Shown: positions 38,677 through 50,246, counted from the stretch's first letter. The stretch: DNA of 64,000 nt from a bacterium (GCA_019695335.1 JAIBAF010000002.1:64474-128473), one strand, 5' to 3'. Made by a program: numbers and translations. The notes: a model not told the origin generated them from the letters alone.

Positions 38677-39882
38677 ATGAAAGTTAAAATCGACCTGCAA
38701 CGCAGGTATGAAGAATTATTCAACAGTCTCCCTGACGGTGCGTTTGTCATCGACACTGGCGGGAACCTGATTATGGTCAATGACGTTGCTACGGCGTTGT
38801 TGGGGTATAAAAGCCAAACGGAGTTGGTCGGATCGACTATCGACAAAGTCTACGCTAACCCCAGCGACCATGATGCGCTCTTATCGATTCTCGGACATAA
38901 AAAAATAGCGAAGAAAAATATTTTTGACTGGAAAAAGAAAAACGGCGATCCTCTTTTAATTGAATTGACCGCCACGCCTATCCATGACGAACAAGGCCAT
39001 ATTTGCGGAATTCAGGGTATTTTCCGTGACATTTCACGACGCTTAGAAAGCCAGATCGCACAGCAGGAAACCTTAGCCGAAGCTGCTGCCCGTAGTATTG
39101 ATGAAAGTAAATTTCTTGAAGCAGTCGATTTCTACCGTTCCGTCCCTATGTCGCTCATTCTGCAAGGCATTGCGCACAATTTGAATACTCCGCTTGGCGG
39201 CATTCGCGGACGAGCGGAATTGATCCAGCATAATTTTCTGAAAAACTCAAAAATTTTTGAATCGATTACTGACGAGAAGCTTCGCAATGAGATCAATGCG
39301 GTCACTTCAAAAATGATCAAAGGTATTACGGAAATTATCGTCCAGGTAGATAAAGCCACCGAATTGATCCGGGGTTTTTCAACAAAGATCTCATTTGAAA
39401 TGAACTATGTCGAATCGCTTCAGGACATAAATTATATTATAAAAAACGAATTGTCTTTCTTGGAATCGAGTTTGTATTTCAAACACAAAATTTCAAAACA
39501 AATTGATCTTCAGGATAATCTTCCGAAATTTAAAGCGTATTACAGAGATGTCAGTCTTGCTATTAATCATCTGCTGATCAATTCGATGAAAGCAATTTCC
39601 GAGTTGCCGGAACGTAACCTGCGGATTAAAACCTACCAAAACGATGCTAACATTTGTATTGAATTGACTGATAATCGTAAACCAATGTCGACGGATGAAA
39701 TCCGTTATCATCATTTGATCAACCTGAGCACGCGTTATACGGCGATTGCCGATGAAGCCAGGTTCAGTCCTTATGATATTGAAATTGCAGATGCGATGCG
39801 ATTGTTGCAATTGTATGGCGGCTCATTGACCATTGTATCTGAAAAAGAAACAAAATTTATTATTCAAATTCCGAAAGCGTAG
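38677..39882 (+). CDS. PAS-domain sensor histidine kinase-like protein
   Basis: PAS (FVIDTGGNLIMVNDVATALLGY); H-box IAHNLNTPLGGIRGRAEL; divergent HATPase region. Confidence 0.65.
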   Translation: MKVKIDLQRRYEELFNSLPDGAFVIDTGGNLIMVNDVATALLGYKSQTELVGSTIDKVYANPSDHDALLSILGHKKIAKKNIFDWKKKNGDPLLIELTATPIHDEQGHICGIQGIFRDISRRLESQIAQQETLAEAAARSIDESKFLEAVDFYRSVPMSLILQGIAHNLNTPLGGIRGRAELIQHNFLKNSKIFESITDEKLRNEINAVTSKMIKGITEIIVQVDKATELIRGFSTKISFEMNYVESLQDINYIIKNELSFLESSLYFKHKISKQIDLQDNLPKFKAYYRDVSLAINHLLINSMKAISELPERNLRIKTYQNDANICIELTDNRKPMSTDEIRYHHLINLSTRYTAIADEARFSPYDIEIADAMRLLQLYGGSLTIVSEKETKFIIQIPKA

Positions 39883-39889
39883 AGGCGGC

Positions 39890-41335
39890 ATGGGCATTAA
39901 GATTTACAACACTCTGACCCGGCAAAAAGAAGAATTTGTTCCAATCGATGATGACGAAATCAAATTTTATGCTTGCGGACCGACCGTTTATAATTTTATA
40001 CACATCGGCAATGGCCGTACTTTTATGATGGCTGACGTTATGCGCCGTTATCTCGAGTATTCCGGATATAAAGTAAAGTTTGTTATGAACGTAACGGATA
40101 TTGACGACAAAATCATCAATCAGGCAATCAAAGATAACATGGAGTTTTCCGACGTTGCGCAGATGTATACGGAGGCTTATTTCGAAGATATTGCGAAACT
40201 TGGCCTTCGGATGCCCGATGCGGCACCGCGAGTAACAGAACATCTGGATGCAATTATTAATTTGATTCAAACATTGATCCTGAAAGGCTACGCTTACGAA
40301 TCGAAGGGAAGTGTTTATTACAATGTGGAAAAATTTAACGGGTACGGAAAGTTGTCCGGGAAAAATACAGATGATTTGGTATCAGGCGCTCGGGTGGAAG
40401 TTGATGAAACCAAGCGCAATCCGTTAGATTTTGTTTTGTGGAAAGCGGCTAAACCCGGAGAACCGGCTTGGGACAGTCTTTGGGGAAAAGGACGCCCGGG
40501 CTGGCACATCGAATGTTCAGCCATGTGTATGACGCATCTGGGCGATCAAATTGACGTACACGTCGGCGGTGCTGATTTGGTTTTTCCACATCATGAAAAT
40601 GAAATTGCACAAAGTGAAGGCGCGACCGGTCATCAATTTGTTAAATACTGGATGCATTGCGGTTTTCTTAACGTCAACGACGAAAAAATGTCGAAGTCGA
40701 CCGGCAATTTTTGGCTATTAAGAGATGTTTTAAGACGTTTTCGGCCTGAAGTCGTGCGGTTATTCTTTCTCCAAAAGCACTATGCCAGCCCACTTAATTT
40801 CAGCGAGGATTTGCTACGGGATGCCGAAAATGCTCACAAACGGATCGAAGGAATTTTCAACAAAGTTCAGCAAGCGCTTGAACTGAAAGATAATCTTGGA
40901 TCAGTCGGCCGCGATGCGTATCACGCCGACGTAGAGGAATTCAATAAAAGCCTCGACCGGTGGGAAAAAGAAGTCGTTGAAGCCATGAATGACGATTTTA
41001 ATACGGCAGCGGCTATGGGAAAAATTTTTGAAATCTTCAGCGGCCTCAATAAAATCGCTTCGACTAAAAAACTCAACGATTTTACGCTCTATGTTTTGAA
41101 ACGTGCCCGCGATCTTATCTTGGAATGGAATGAATTTCTCGGAATATTGCATTTATCGCGTCCGGAGGGTCTGTCGAAAAAATATGAGCAATTAATCGAT
41201 CTTTTGATCGAGATTCGAATGGAAGTTCGAAAGAAAAAAGATTTTGCAACATCTGACAAGATACGTGACCGATTGACGGAAATCGGTATTCTGCTCGAAG
41301 ATGGGCCTGAAGGCACAACATGGAAATTGAAATAA
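39890..41335 (+). CDS. cysS: Cysteinyl-tRNA synthetase (start trimmed to ATG 39890, MGIKIYNT)
   Basis: CGPTVYNFIHIGNGRTF (HIGH), zinc-ligand C..., KMSKSTGN. Confidence 0.9.
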   Translation: MGIKIYNTLTRQKEEFVPIDDDEIKFYACGPTVYNFIHIGNGRTFMMADVMRRYLEYSGYKVKFVMNVTDIDDKIINQAIKDNMEFSDVAQMYTEAYFEDIAKLGLRMPDAAPRVTEHLDAIINLIQTLILKGYAYESKGSVYYNVEKFNGYGKLSGKNTDDLVSGARVEVDETKRNPLDFVLWKAAKPGEPAWDSLWGKGRPGWHIECSAMCMTHLGDQIDVHVGGADLVFPHHENEIAQSEGATGHQFVKYWMHCGFLNVNDEKMSKSTGNFWLLRDVLRRFRPEVVRLFFLQKHYASPLNFSEDLLRDAENAHKRIEGIFNKVQQALELKDNLGSVGRDAYHADVEEFNKSLDRWEKEVVEAMNDDFNTAAAMGKIFEIFSGLNKIASTKKLNDFTLYVLKRARDLILEWNEFLGILHLSRPEGLSKKYEQLIDLLIEIRMEVRKKKDFATSDKIRDRLTEIGILLEDGPEGTTWKLK

Positions 41336-41347
41336 CCGGAGGTTCGC

Positions 41348-41986
41348 ATGAAAAAAATTTATGATATCTCAGTAACGATATCGAACGACATCGTTACTTG
41401 GCCGGGCGATCCGAAAGTAGATTTACAATTGCCCATTCAAATCAAAAAAGGCGATGCCTGCAATGTATCCCGCTGGCAAATCGGCGCCCACACCGGGACG
41501 CATACCGACGCACCTTTTCATTTTTTGGATGAAGGACAAGGTATCGATGAAATCCCGCTTGATGTTTATCTCGGCCCGTGTCTGGTTGTTTTAGTTGATC
41601 CTAAAATCAACATCGAACGCGAGCATCTTGAAAAGATCGATTTTAGAGGGCATACACGCATTTTATTTAAAACACGTAATTCACGGCATTGGAAAAATAA
41701 TGACTCTGAATTCGATAAAGATTTTGTTGCAGTAGGTATTACAGGCGCCGATTACTTAGTTGAAAAAGGAATCAAGTTGGTCGGTGTCGATTATTTATCC
41801 GTTGAAAGTTTTCATGCTGAATTTGAACATCCGGTTCATAAGAAATTACTGGGCAATCATGTCGTTGTAGTAGAGGGACTGAATCTTTACGATATTCTCC
41901 CCGGAGAATATGAGTTAATTTGTATGCCATTGAAAATCAAACACGGCGATGGAACTCCTGTGAGAGCAGCTTTGCGGGAATTATAA
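41348..41986 (+). CDS. Cyclase-family protein (kynurenine formamidase-like fold)
   Basis: HTGTHTDAPFHF metal-binding motif; 212 aa. Confidence 0.75.
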   Translation: MKKIYDISVTISNDIVTWPGDPKVDLQLPIQIKKGDACNVSRWQIGAHTGTHTDAPFHFLDEGQGIDEIPLDVYLGPCLVVLVDPKINIEREHLEKIDFRGHTRILFKTRNSRHWKNNDSEFDKDFVAVGITGADYLVEKGIKLVGVDYLSVESFHAEFEHPVHKKLLGNHVVVVEGLNLYDILPGEYELICMPLKIKHGDGTPVRAALREL

Positions 41987-42943
41987 TCATTCTTCTTTCA
42001 ATGCGGCCGATTCTTTGATCAAATCCAATTCTCTATCGTTTCTCAATTCTTCCCGTATTTTCATGCTCACCAAAAATACGCCTGCAAAAATGAGTATGGC
42101 GGCTATGACAGTTGATCCTTTTAAAGTTTCACCCAGCCATGTAACGGAGATGATCGTCGCAATAAGCGGTTGAATATATATGTAAGCCGCGACAGTGGAC
42201 GGTGTCGTATATTGTAAAGCCCAACCATTGATATAATAGACCAGTACCGATGCAAACAAAATTAAAAAAACAACACACCACCAAATCATTGCGCTGATTT
42301 GACCGATATTTAAAGACAGAGTCTCGCTCAATCCAAACGGCAAAACACCCACCGTTCCGAAAATAAAATTCCACGTTACTACAGTAGCAGGCTTATAACG
42401 CTTCAAAATATCTTTTGATATGACAAGATAAATGGCGAAAGATACGCCATTCAGAAAGACCAAAAGATTTCCAAGAAAGTAATGATTAGCAAAATCGATC
42501 CTTTCACTTCCTAATAAAACCAGAATTCCAATAAATGACAAAATCGAGCCGCTGATCTTGCGAAAACTTGCTTTCTCTTTACGCATGATGATGGCAATTA
42601 AAATCGTAACCACGGGGATGGCTGTAACTAAAACCGTTGCATTGATGGCCGTCGTCATCGACAATCCTTTTAAAAAAAGCGTTTGATTGATGACAATGCC
42701 GAAAATGCTGTACCAAGCTAATAAAAAATAATCTCGGGCTGTTTGAATTTTTTCTTTTATCAATAAACGATGCAACACGGCTAACAATAGCGCTGCCGAG
42801 CTGATTCGGATAACAACAAGTGCATGCGGATTGATTTCACGTAAAACAAATTTGGATGATACAGAATTAATTCCAAAAATCAGTGATACTGTGAATAAGG
42901 CAAGATGAATTTTGAAAGGAGCAACCGGTGTCGAATTTTTCAT
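41987..42943 (-). CDS. DMT-superfamily (EamA-like) transporter
   Basis: 10-TM profile with two EamA-like halves. Confidence 0.7.
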   Translation of the reverse strand: MKNSTPVAPFKIHLALFTVSLIFGINSVSSKFVLREINPHALVVIRISSAALLLAVLHRLLIKEKIQTARDYFLLAWYSIFGIVINQTLFLKGLSMTTAINATVLVTAIPVVTILIAIIMRKEKASFRKISGSILSFIGILVLLGSERIDFANHYFLGNLLVFLNGVSFAIYLVISKDILKRYKPATVVTWNFIFGTVGVLPFGLSETLSLNIGQISAMIWWCVVFLILFASVLVYYINGWALQYTTPSTVAAYIYIQPLIATIISVTWLGETLKGSTVIAAILIFAGVFLVSMKIREELRNDRELDLIKESAALKEE

Positions 42944-42999
42944 GTTAGGTATTTATGGTTTTTTCGTGGATTACAAATTAGATCGTTTAAGCAGTTCAT

Positions 43000-44988
43000 T
43001 CAATTCTGACGTGAATGAGTCAAAACATTTTGGTAACGTGCATAAATATTGTTCCTGATTAATTCGGATTCAACCAGTTCGAGCGACCGCTCGTATAAAG
43101 TCAAAGCATGGACCGGATTGTCGGCTTCAAATATCATTGCTCTTTCTGCCAATAAAATTGAATAATAATTTCTGATCATGTCAGCCATTCGATCAGGCGA
43201 TGTTTTGGAATGAATAAAAAAATTTACATCCACTGATTCTGGAATTTCTGTTACTAAATGGTTCAATTCTTTGCGAAGCCGGTATCCGACAAAATATGGC
43301 TCACGCTTATAGTTCGTGGCAATCCCGGATTCCAGCGGACGAATCGGCGAATAAATGGTCAGGTAAACAGGTCGTTCGTCAAAATTCCGGTCAATGAATG
43401 AATTGATCATTGCGATATATTTTTGTTGGATAAACATTGGGTTAAACTTTTCTCCTTTTTCAAATGGGGCAACGGCGTCGAGAAATTCACTTACAGGCGC
43501 TTGCGAACGTTGCATGAATGCCGGATACCAGCGCTGAAGCATACGGATGTACCAACTTCTGCGCAAAAGCTCAACATCGATGAAGACTATATCTTTTGCT
43601 TCGTTTTCAACGTGTTGATAGTACATCATCGGAAATACAAACGGGTCCCAGTTGCCGATCACAATTGAATTGGATTCAATAGTATGCAGAAGATTGTCTT
43701 TATACTTTTCAGTGAAATAATATTCATGCATGGATTCTTTTTTAAAAGTCGAATACCCAAAAAATATCAGAATTGCCACCAGGATTCCAAACCAGGCATG
43801 GCGTAGATTTCTATTAAAATTTTTTTGAATAGCCCATTGAACGATCGATCCTAATCCAGTCGCCATTAAAAGACCCCACCACATGTGAAAAGGAAGATAC
43901 ATCACTGATACGAGAGCTTTTTGTTCGGCTACGGCAAAAGTATCGCGAATGGTCACGTCAACATTGGTCAAATAAGCTACCAACGGACCTGTCAGTACAT
44001 TAAAGACTAAGGACAGATAAAATAATTTTCGTTTCCTGAAAAACAGAGTGATCAGACCAACACCGCCCAATGCCATCCAAACAATGCCGAACTGTTCAAA
44101 CAAAATCCGGTAATGTAGGCCAATTTGGGAAAGTAAAACCGGAAGAGTACGGGGTTTGGTAATGTCTAACCCATATTGATGACGTGATACCACCCTCCAA
44201 AAATTAGTCCAATTGTCAGGATCGCCCCAATCCATTAACGGATTAAACGATGAAGCGATGGGAAGATACAAATATGGTAGCAATCCGGCCATCACCAGTA
44301 TCGTGCCGATCAAAACTCTACGAGTATTCAGTAGAAACTTTGGGTCGACTGACCAAATGACAAATATGCCGAATGGAATAAAAATCATAGCAGTATGGTG
44401 ATTTGTCACCGTTAGTCCTGAAAGAAAACAAAAACCATAATAATATTTGTTAGTACTAGTCAGGTTATTGATCCGCGCCAACCGCCACTGAAATAAAATC
44501 CACAATAAAAAACCTGTAAAAAAATTGTTGAGCCCATAAACTTCCGTAATTACGGATTGACTGAAATACGCCGGCGACATCCCAACACAGAGGACCGTGA
44601 TGAGTGCGGTTATTGAAATAAGCGATGCCTTCAATTCTCTCAGCCAGAGTACGCAGGAGCAATATAAAAATATGATTCCGGCGGACGAAAAAACGGCTGA
44701 CATCAAATTGATTCTCCACGCCACACTCTCTATCGGAAGAAATGAAAATAATTTTCCTAAGATTGTGAAAAGCGGGTATCCTGGTTCATGAGCGATTCCC
44801 CATAAATAAGCCGCTGTAATCAATTCGCCGCTGTCCTCAAACGTCACTGTAGGAGCCAGCCCAGCAATGTAAACCGCAAGTGGAATCATTCCACTCAGAA
44901 TCAACCCGGCTTTAAAAAAATTATCATTAAAAGCAGCTAAATCAGATTGGTTCAATTGCTGTGTTTTGTTTGCTTTCATGTTTTTCAA
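43000..44988 (-). CDS. Large polytopic membrane protein, DUF2723-like (glycosyltransferase-39/PMT-like fold)
   Basis: N-terminal TFEDSGELITAAYLWGIAHEPGYPLFTILGKLF motif typical of DUF2723 proteins as I recall them; about 11 TM helices plus a C-terminal soluble domain. Confidence 0.55.
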   Translation of the reverse strand: MKNMKANKTQQLNQSDLAAFNDNFFKAGLILSGMIPLAVYIAGLAPTVTFEDSGELITAAYLWGIAHEPGYPLFTILGKLFSFLPIESVAWRINLMSAVFSSAGIIFLYCSCVLWLRELKASLISITALITVLCVGMSPAYFSQSVITEVYGLNNFFTGFLLWILFQWRLARINNLTSTNKYYYGFCFLSGLTVTNHHTAMIFIPFGIFVIWSVDPKFLLNTRRVLIGTILVMAGLLPYLYLPIASSFNPLMDWGDPDNWTNFWRVVSRHQYGLDITKPRTLPVLLSQIGLHYRILFEQFGIVWMALGGVGLITLFFRKRKLFYLSLVFNVLTGPLVAYLTNVDVTIRDTFAVAEQKALVSVMYLPFHMWWGLLMATGLGSIVQWAIQKNFNRNLRHAWFGILVAILIFFGYSTFKKESMHEYYFTEKYKDNLLHTIESNSIVIGNWDPFVFPMMYYQHVENEAKDIVFIDVELLRRSWYIRMLQRWYPAFMQRSQAPVSEFLDAVAPFEKGEKFNPMFIQQKYIAMINSFIDRNFDERPVYLTIYSPIRPLESGIATNYKREPYFVGYRLRKELNHLVTEIPESVDVNFFIHSKTSPDRMADMIRNYYSILLAERAMIFEADNPVHALTLYERSLELVESELIRNNIYARYQNVLTHSRQN

Positions 44989-45205
44989 AATTAACAGAAA
45001 ATGACGAAAAAAACGCTATGACGATATTACCGTCACACAACATTGAGGGTTTAATTAGTTTATTTAAATATAAACAGGTGTTTAATGATAATGATTTTTG
45101 TCACAAATTCTGGCATCAAAATTGAATTATGATGGTTCAAAGTGTTAAAGGCCAAACACGTAGATAAAGAGAAAAATCTAAATTTAAGAACTAAGGAGTA
45201 AATGT

Positions 45206-46174
45206 ATGATCACCTTACTTAAAAAAACAAATTTGCTGATGCTCTTACTGGGGCTCAGTTTGTATGGAATCAGTTGTTCGGATAACAATGATTCGTTAAC
45301 AGTTGACGAAGCATCCATCCAGGAAGAAATTGAGACCGATGCCGATGAAATTTACGGCGTTGACATTATGAACGAAGAAGATCCTTCAAATTTCGCGACT
45401 ATAGCATCAGGCTCGGAAACTCTGGCAAAATCCTTGAGTGCAATCGAACCCGTGGCTTACGGGCGTCGCCTTAGACATGCCCGAATTGTACGCGACCGCC
45501 TTGACGTCCAGGTTTCCGATGATGGAATGACCGCAACGGCTACTATCCGTTACTTATTGCGCGGACAATTTGTAATTCGCACTCGCGATACCAATAACAA
45601 TGTCCGTGGATTTTATTTCAAGCCTTTGGTACACAAAATGGAACGGAAAATCCGGTTTGTCCGCAATCCCGATACGACAGCTGTCCAGCGCTGGATCCGT
45701 GACGGTATTACTCCGGCATACGGGATTTCTGATGGCGGTACTTTGAGCTTAACCGGTAATATTAATATTTATGTCACCCATGACGGCAATACCGAAACCT
45801 ATACTATCGGCGATCCGCTGAATTACTTCTTTACGGATCAAACATCGTTGCCGACCGTTCAACCCGGCGATCAAGTCCGCATTGAAATTGCTATTGCGAA
45901 TAGCAATACGGATGATGCGCCTTACGGAATCGTTCATCGCGGACGCAACAAAGCACATCTTGGACGTGCGAAAAATATTTTCAATGATGAAGGCGTTGAC
46001 GGCGACGCCGTATCCGGAGACGGAGTTTACACAGTCGAATGGACCGTTGAAAACAACGGCGTAACGGGTAATCACATTGGCGTAATTGATTTCTTTACCC
46101 ATAGCACCGTGTTTGATAGCGAAGCGCCTTACAATTCATTGGTTGTCGCGCTTCCGTACAATAAAGTTCAATAA
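45206..46174 (+). CDS. Hypothetical lipoprotein (322 aa)
   Basis: AAGGAG RBS; lipobox LSLYGISCSDNN. Confidence 0.5.
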   Translation: MITLLKKTNLLMLLLGLSLYGISCSDNNDSLTVDEASIQEEIETDADEIYGVDIMNEEDPSNFATIASGSETLAKSLSAIEPVAYGRRLRHARIVRDRLDVQVSDDGMTATATIRYLLRGQFVIRTRDTNNNVRGFYFKPLVHKMERKIRFVRNPDTTAVQRWIRDGITPAYGISDGGTLSLTGNINIYVTHDGNTETYTIGDPLNYFFTDQTSLPTVQPGDQVRIEIAIANSNTDDAPYGIVHRGRNKAHLGRAKNIFNDEGVDGDAVSGDGVYTVEWTVENNGVTGNHIGVIDFFTHSTVFDSEAPYNSLVVALPYNKVQ

Positions 46175-46530
46175 ATGCAATTATAATCTTGCGTGATACA
46201 GGAATTTTTCTTCTCTCATCCTCCACAACCTGTATCACGCAATTTTTTTAATCATTATGAAAAAATTTATAAAAGAAATCAGATGGTACATCGTTTTTGC
46301 TATCTTGGCATTAATAATTGTTCCAACCAAAAAAACTTCAGAGATCGAACACCCGCCTTCATTTTATCCGACGAAAATTGTCGTTGCATGTTTGGAAAGG
46401 CTTGAATTCGGCTTGCAACTGCAAACAGGGTTGAACGAAAAGGAAAAATTGGAAGTATCAATTATTACAGAAAAATTATATCGAACCCGATCAACATCCC
46501 CAATTCTGGTGTCTTCGTACCGTTCTGACA

Positions 46531-47532
46531 TTAAACGATCTCTCCCATGACAAACGGTTTTTCTTTCTTTTGCCGCAATAGTTTCATCACTAAATCTACT
46601 TGCTTTTTGTCGACTATGATAATCATTCCTACCCCGAGATTAAATGTACGGATCATATCGTCATAAGGAACATTGCCAAAATGTTGAATCAACTCAAAAA
46701 CAGGCGGCACTTCCCACGAAGACCAATCGATTTTAATTTTTAATTTTTTCGGAATGATCCGATAAGTATTTTCAAAAATTCCTCCACCCGTGATGTGTGA
46801 AATTCCTTTGACGTCAGCTTTTTCCATCACCGATTTAATGGGTTTCAGATATGACTTATGGACTTTGAGTAGTTCTTCTCCCAAACTACAACCTAACTCA
46901 GGCACATTTTCTTCAAGCCGGTATTTTTCCATAAGCACTTTTCTGGCAAGTGAATATCCGTTAGTATGAAGCCCAGACGAAGGTAATCCGATAAGAACAT
47001 TGCTTTTTTGGATCGACGAGCCGTTGATAGCTTTTTTCTTTTCTACTACACCAACTATTGTTCCGGACATATCGTATTCACCGTCAGCATAAAAACCGGG
47101 CATTTGAGCTGTTTCTCCGCCAATTAGTGAGCATCCGTTGCTTTTGCAGCCTCTTGTCAAGCCTTCAACAATTTCACCAATGACCCTTTGCTCGACTTTA
47201 CCTAATCCTAAGTAATCAAGGAAAAAGAGAGGCGTCGCGCCGCAAGCAAGAATATCATTCACACAATGATTCACCAAGTCTTCTCCGACTGTGTCGTGTT
47301 TGCCCATCATTACGGCAATTTTAAGTTTTGTTCCGACTCCGTCAGTGCTGGAAACTAATACCGGATCTTTAAACTTGTTTTTTGGGAAACGATAAAAACC
47401 TCCGAACAATCCTATCTCGGAGATCACATTCTTGTCAAATGTTTTCCTGACCATTTTTTTGATCCGGTCTTTAGTTTCGTTACCCTTACTAATGTCTACG
47501 CCACTGTCTTTGTATGTCGTTGTTTGAGACAC
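46531..47532 (-). CDS. purM: Phosphoribosylformylglycinamidine cyclo-ligase (AIR synthetase)
   Basis: N-terminal YKDSGVDI...; PurM N- and C-domains (GLTRGCKSNGCSLIGGETAQMPG). Confidence 0.9.
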   Translation of the reverse strand: MSQTTTYKDSGVDISKGNETKDRIKKMVRKTFDKNVISEIGLFGGFYRFPKNKFKDPVLVSSTDGVGTKLKIAVMMGKHDTVGEDLVNHCVNDILACGATPLFFLDYLGLGKVEQRVIGEIVEGLTRGCKSNGCSLIGGETAQMPGFYADGEYDMSGTIVGVVEKKKAINGSSIQKSNVLIGLPSSGLHTNGYSLARKVLMEKYRLEENVPELGCSLGEELLKVHKSYLKPIKSVMEKADVKGISHITGGGIFENTYRIIPKKLKIKIDWSSWEVPPVFELIQHFGNVPYDDMIRTFNLGVGMIIIVDKKQVDLVMKLLRQKKEKPFVMGEIV

Positions 47533-47587
47533 TTAAATCTCCTGATTTATTTTGGGAATCGATGTCACACTTTGATTACGAGGGTAT

Positions 47588-48721
47588 TCATAGGCGTTGA
47601 ACTCCGGCCAAATCTTCGAGCACTTCGACAAAGGTTTCCCATGTATACTTTTTCTTTTCAGTTTCGATGTTTTTTGTAAACTCAGTTTCACGGTGTTCAG
47701 CGTAAAATTTCAAAATGGATTCGGCAATTCTTTCAGGATCATTGGGAGGCGTTATGAAACCAGTGATATGATCCAGAACAACTTCAGCTAAACCGCCAAC
47801 ATCCGTTACAATAACCGGTTTATTGAAATGATAAGCTATTTGAACAATTCCGCTTTGAGTTGCTGACCGGTAAGGCAAAACAACAGCATCGCTCGCACAA
47901 AAAAATTGACCGACTTTTTCATTCGGACAATAATCGGCATAAACCGTTACGTGATTTTCTAATTTTAATTCTTTGATTAAATCACGGTATTCTTGCTCCG
48001 AGTCATAAAATTCTCCGGCAACAAGTAACTGGACATCAATTTGTTTCAACACTATCGGCATAGCCCTAAGCAGAATGTCGAGTCCTTTGTATTTGCGTAT
48101 AAACCCAAAAAAAAGAATCACGCGATCGGATGAAATTTTCAATTCCGCTTTTGCGGCTTTTTTTTGTATTTGAGGACCAAAAATATTATAAATCGGATGC
48201 GGAGTGTTCCTATATTGAGCGGCTGGCTTGAGAGATAAAAGGTCTTTTTTGACTGTATCGGATTGCGTGATGAACAAATCCGTACTATTCAAAATAAAAT
48301 GTGTCAAGGTTATATCGCCGATGCGTTTCTCATGCGGCAAAATATTATCACAAATCATCATAATTTTACTATGAGCAAATCGTCGGCTCAAGCGTGCGAT
48401 GACACCCAAACACGGCCCAAAAAACGGCATCCAATATTTAAAAATGACCAGTTCGGTTCGGAACTTTTTAATTTCGCGATATGCTTGAAACCAAGTAAAG
48501 GGATTGATCGAATCGATAATAATTTTACTTTCGATTATAATTGGCTCATCACTGGTTTCAGTCTGAGTTTTGCCTGGAAAAAGCAATTTTGGATATTGCC
48601 GCTTAAAATTAACAATCTGGATATCGTGGCCTTTTTTCCGGAGTTCCTGATACAAAATCCCGGCATATTGGGCGATACCTCCGCGAAGCGGATAAACAGG
48701 CGCAACAAGGGTGATTCTCAA
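47588..48721 (-). CDS. GT4-family glycosyltransferase
   Basis: GT-B fold; C-terminal E..7E-type region (FFCASDAVVLPYRSATQSGIVQIA...GGLAEVV). Confidence 0.75.
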   Translation of the reverse strand: MRITLVAPVYPLRGGIAQYAGILYQELRKKGHDIQIVNFKRQYPKLLFPGKTQTETSDEPIIIESKIIIDSINPFTWFQAYREIKKFRTELVIFKYWMPFFGPCLGVIARLSRRFAHSKIMMICDNILPHEKRIGDITLTHFILNSTDLFITQSDTVKKDLLSLKPAAQYRNTPHPIYNIFGPQIQKKAAKAELKISSDRVILFFGFIRKYKGLDILLRAMPIVLKQIDVQLLVAGEFYDSEQEYRDLIKELKLENHVTVYADYCPNEKVGQFFCASDAVVLPYRSATQSGIVQIAYHFNKPVIVTDVGGLAEVVLDHITGFITPPNDPERIAESILKFYAEHRETEFTKNIETEKKKYTWETFVEVLEDLAGVQRL

Positions 48722-48753
48722 AACGATTGAGTGTTGGTTCTTAGTGGATGAAA

Positions 48754-50238
48754 TTATTTTTCAGAAGAATCGGAAGATACAGTACTATAATTTTTTAAAA
48801 TTGACTCAACAATGTTAGTTGTAGAAAATCCATTGACCAGATCAACAAGCGCAACCTGTCCGCCATAGGCTTCTACGACATCATGGCCAATAACTTTTTC
48901 GACAGTATAATCGGAACCTTTAACGAGAATATCCGGTTTAACCGCTTTGATTAACTCGAGCGGCGTATCTTCATCGAAAATCACGACGTAGTCAACCGAT
49001 TCTATGGCTGACAAAATATGAGCACGCTCAGCTTCGGATACGATCGGCCTTTTTTCGCCCTTGATACGGCGAATTGAGGCATCGCTATTCAAACCCACGA
49101 TGAGCTTGTCGCCAAGTTTGCGTGCTTTGTTTAATAAAGTAATATGACCGACGTGAAGAATATCAAAACAGCCGTTAGTGAAAACAATTTTCTTGTTGTG
49201 CCGTAAACTTGGCAAGAGTGATGAAATTTCCTGAAGCGTTAGAATTTTTTTTGATCCGCTGGTCATTTCTTCAAGTTGGTGATAGACTTCTTCTTTCGAA
49301 ACGGTGGTCGTACCTACACGGCTTACGGCAATGCCGGCTGCGACGTTGGCGATTTTCGCCGCTTCGACATAAGAATAGCCCGACGCAATCAGTAATCCTA
49401 AATAAGCAATCACGGTATCCCCTGCGCCCGTTACATCAAAGACTTCCCGTGCTGTCACCGGAATGATCGCAATAGAATCGTTTTCAATAACCATCATTCC
49501 TTCTTTACCGCGAGTCAGAATAACCGATTCTGCATTATATTTTTGCTGAATTTCCTTGATTGCTTTGTATGAGTCATCTTGGGTTTTCAATTTACGCCGA
49601 ACGGCAGCTTCTGCTTCTTTCAAATTAGGTTTGATAACAGTCGCACCGGAATAAATGGAAAAATCTTGACGTTTAGGATCAACAAGGGTTTTGACATGAT
49701 GTTGTTTTGCAACACTTAAAACGTCAGTGATAATTTTATCAGTCAAAACGCCTTTTCTATAATCTGATAAAATCACCAGATCAAAATTTTGAATGTATTT
49801 TTTAAGGAATGCAGATATTTGATTTTCAATTTCCTGCGAAATATTATCTGCAACCTCGTGATCAATACGTACCACTTGCTGGTTACCTGCAACAACCCGG
49901 GTTTTTGTAGTGGTAGGGCGTTGTGTATCGACAAAGACGCCGTCGGTACGAATTGTTTTTGCTGCGAGTTCTGATTTTAATGTTGAACCATCATCGTCAT
50001 TTCCGATAACACCAAGCATCGTTACATCGCAGCCAATAACAGCTAAATTGTGGGCAACATTGGTGGCGCCACCAAGAGCAATGTTTTCACGCTGAACATG
50101 GACAACTTGAACGGGCGCTTCAGGAGAAATCCGTTCGACTACACCCCAAATATATTTGTCTAAAATGATATCACCGACAACCAGTATCTTCGGTTGGCGA
50201 TCAGAGTAAAGAATATTTCGGAAATTATCTTTATGCAT
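48754..50238 (-). CDS. hldE: Bifunctional D-beta-D-heptose 7-phosphate kinase / D-beta-D-heptose 1-phosphate adenylyltransferase
   Basis: PfkB-type kinase N-domain (ILVVGDIILDKY...GGATNVAHN) plus cytidylyltransferase C-domain (FTNGCFDILHVGHITLL). Confidence 0.85.
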   Translation of the reverse strand: MHKDNFRNILYSDRQPKILVVGDIILDKYIWGVVERISPEAPVQVVHVQRENIALGGATNVAHNLAVIGCDVTMLGVIGNDDDGSTLKSELAAKTIRTDGVFVDTQRPTTTKTRVVAGNQQVVRIDHEVADNISQEIENQISAFLKKYIQNFDLVILSDYRKGVLTDKIITDVLSVAKQHHVKTLVDPKRQDFSIYSGATVIKPNLKEAEAAVRRKLKTQDDSYKAIKEIQQKYNAESVILTRGKEGMMVIENDSIAIIPVTAREVFDVTGAGDTVIAYLGLLIASGYSYVEAAKIANVAAGIAVSRVGTTTVSKEEVYHQLEEMTSGSKKILTLQEISSLLPSLRHNKKIVFTNGCFDILHVGHITLLNKARKLGDKLIVGLNSDASIRRIKGEKRPIVSEAERAHILSAIESVDYVVIFDEDTPLELIKAVKPDILVKGSDYTVEKVIGHDVVEAYGGQVALVDLVNGFSTTNIVESILKNYSTVSSDSSEK

Positions 50239-50246
50239 TGAGCAAT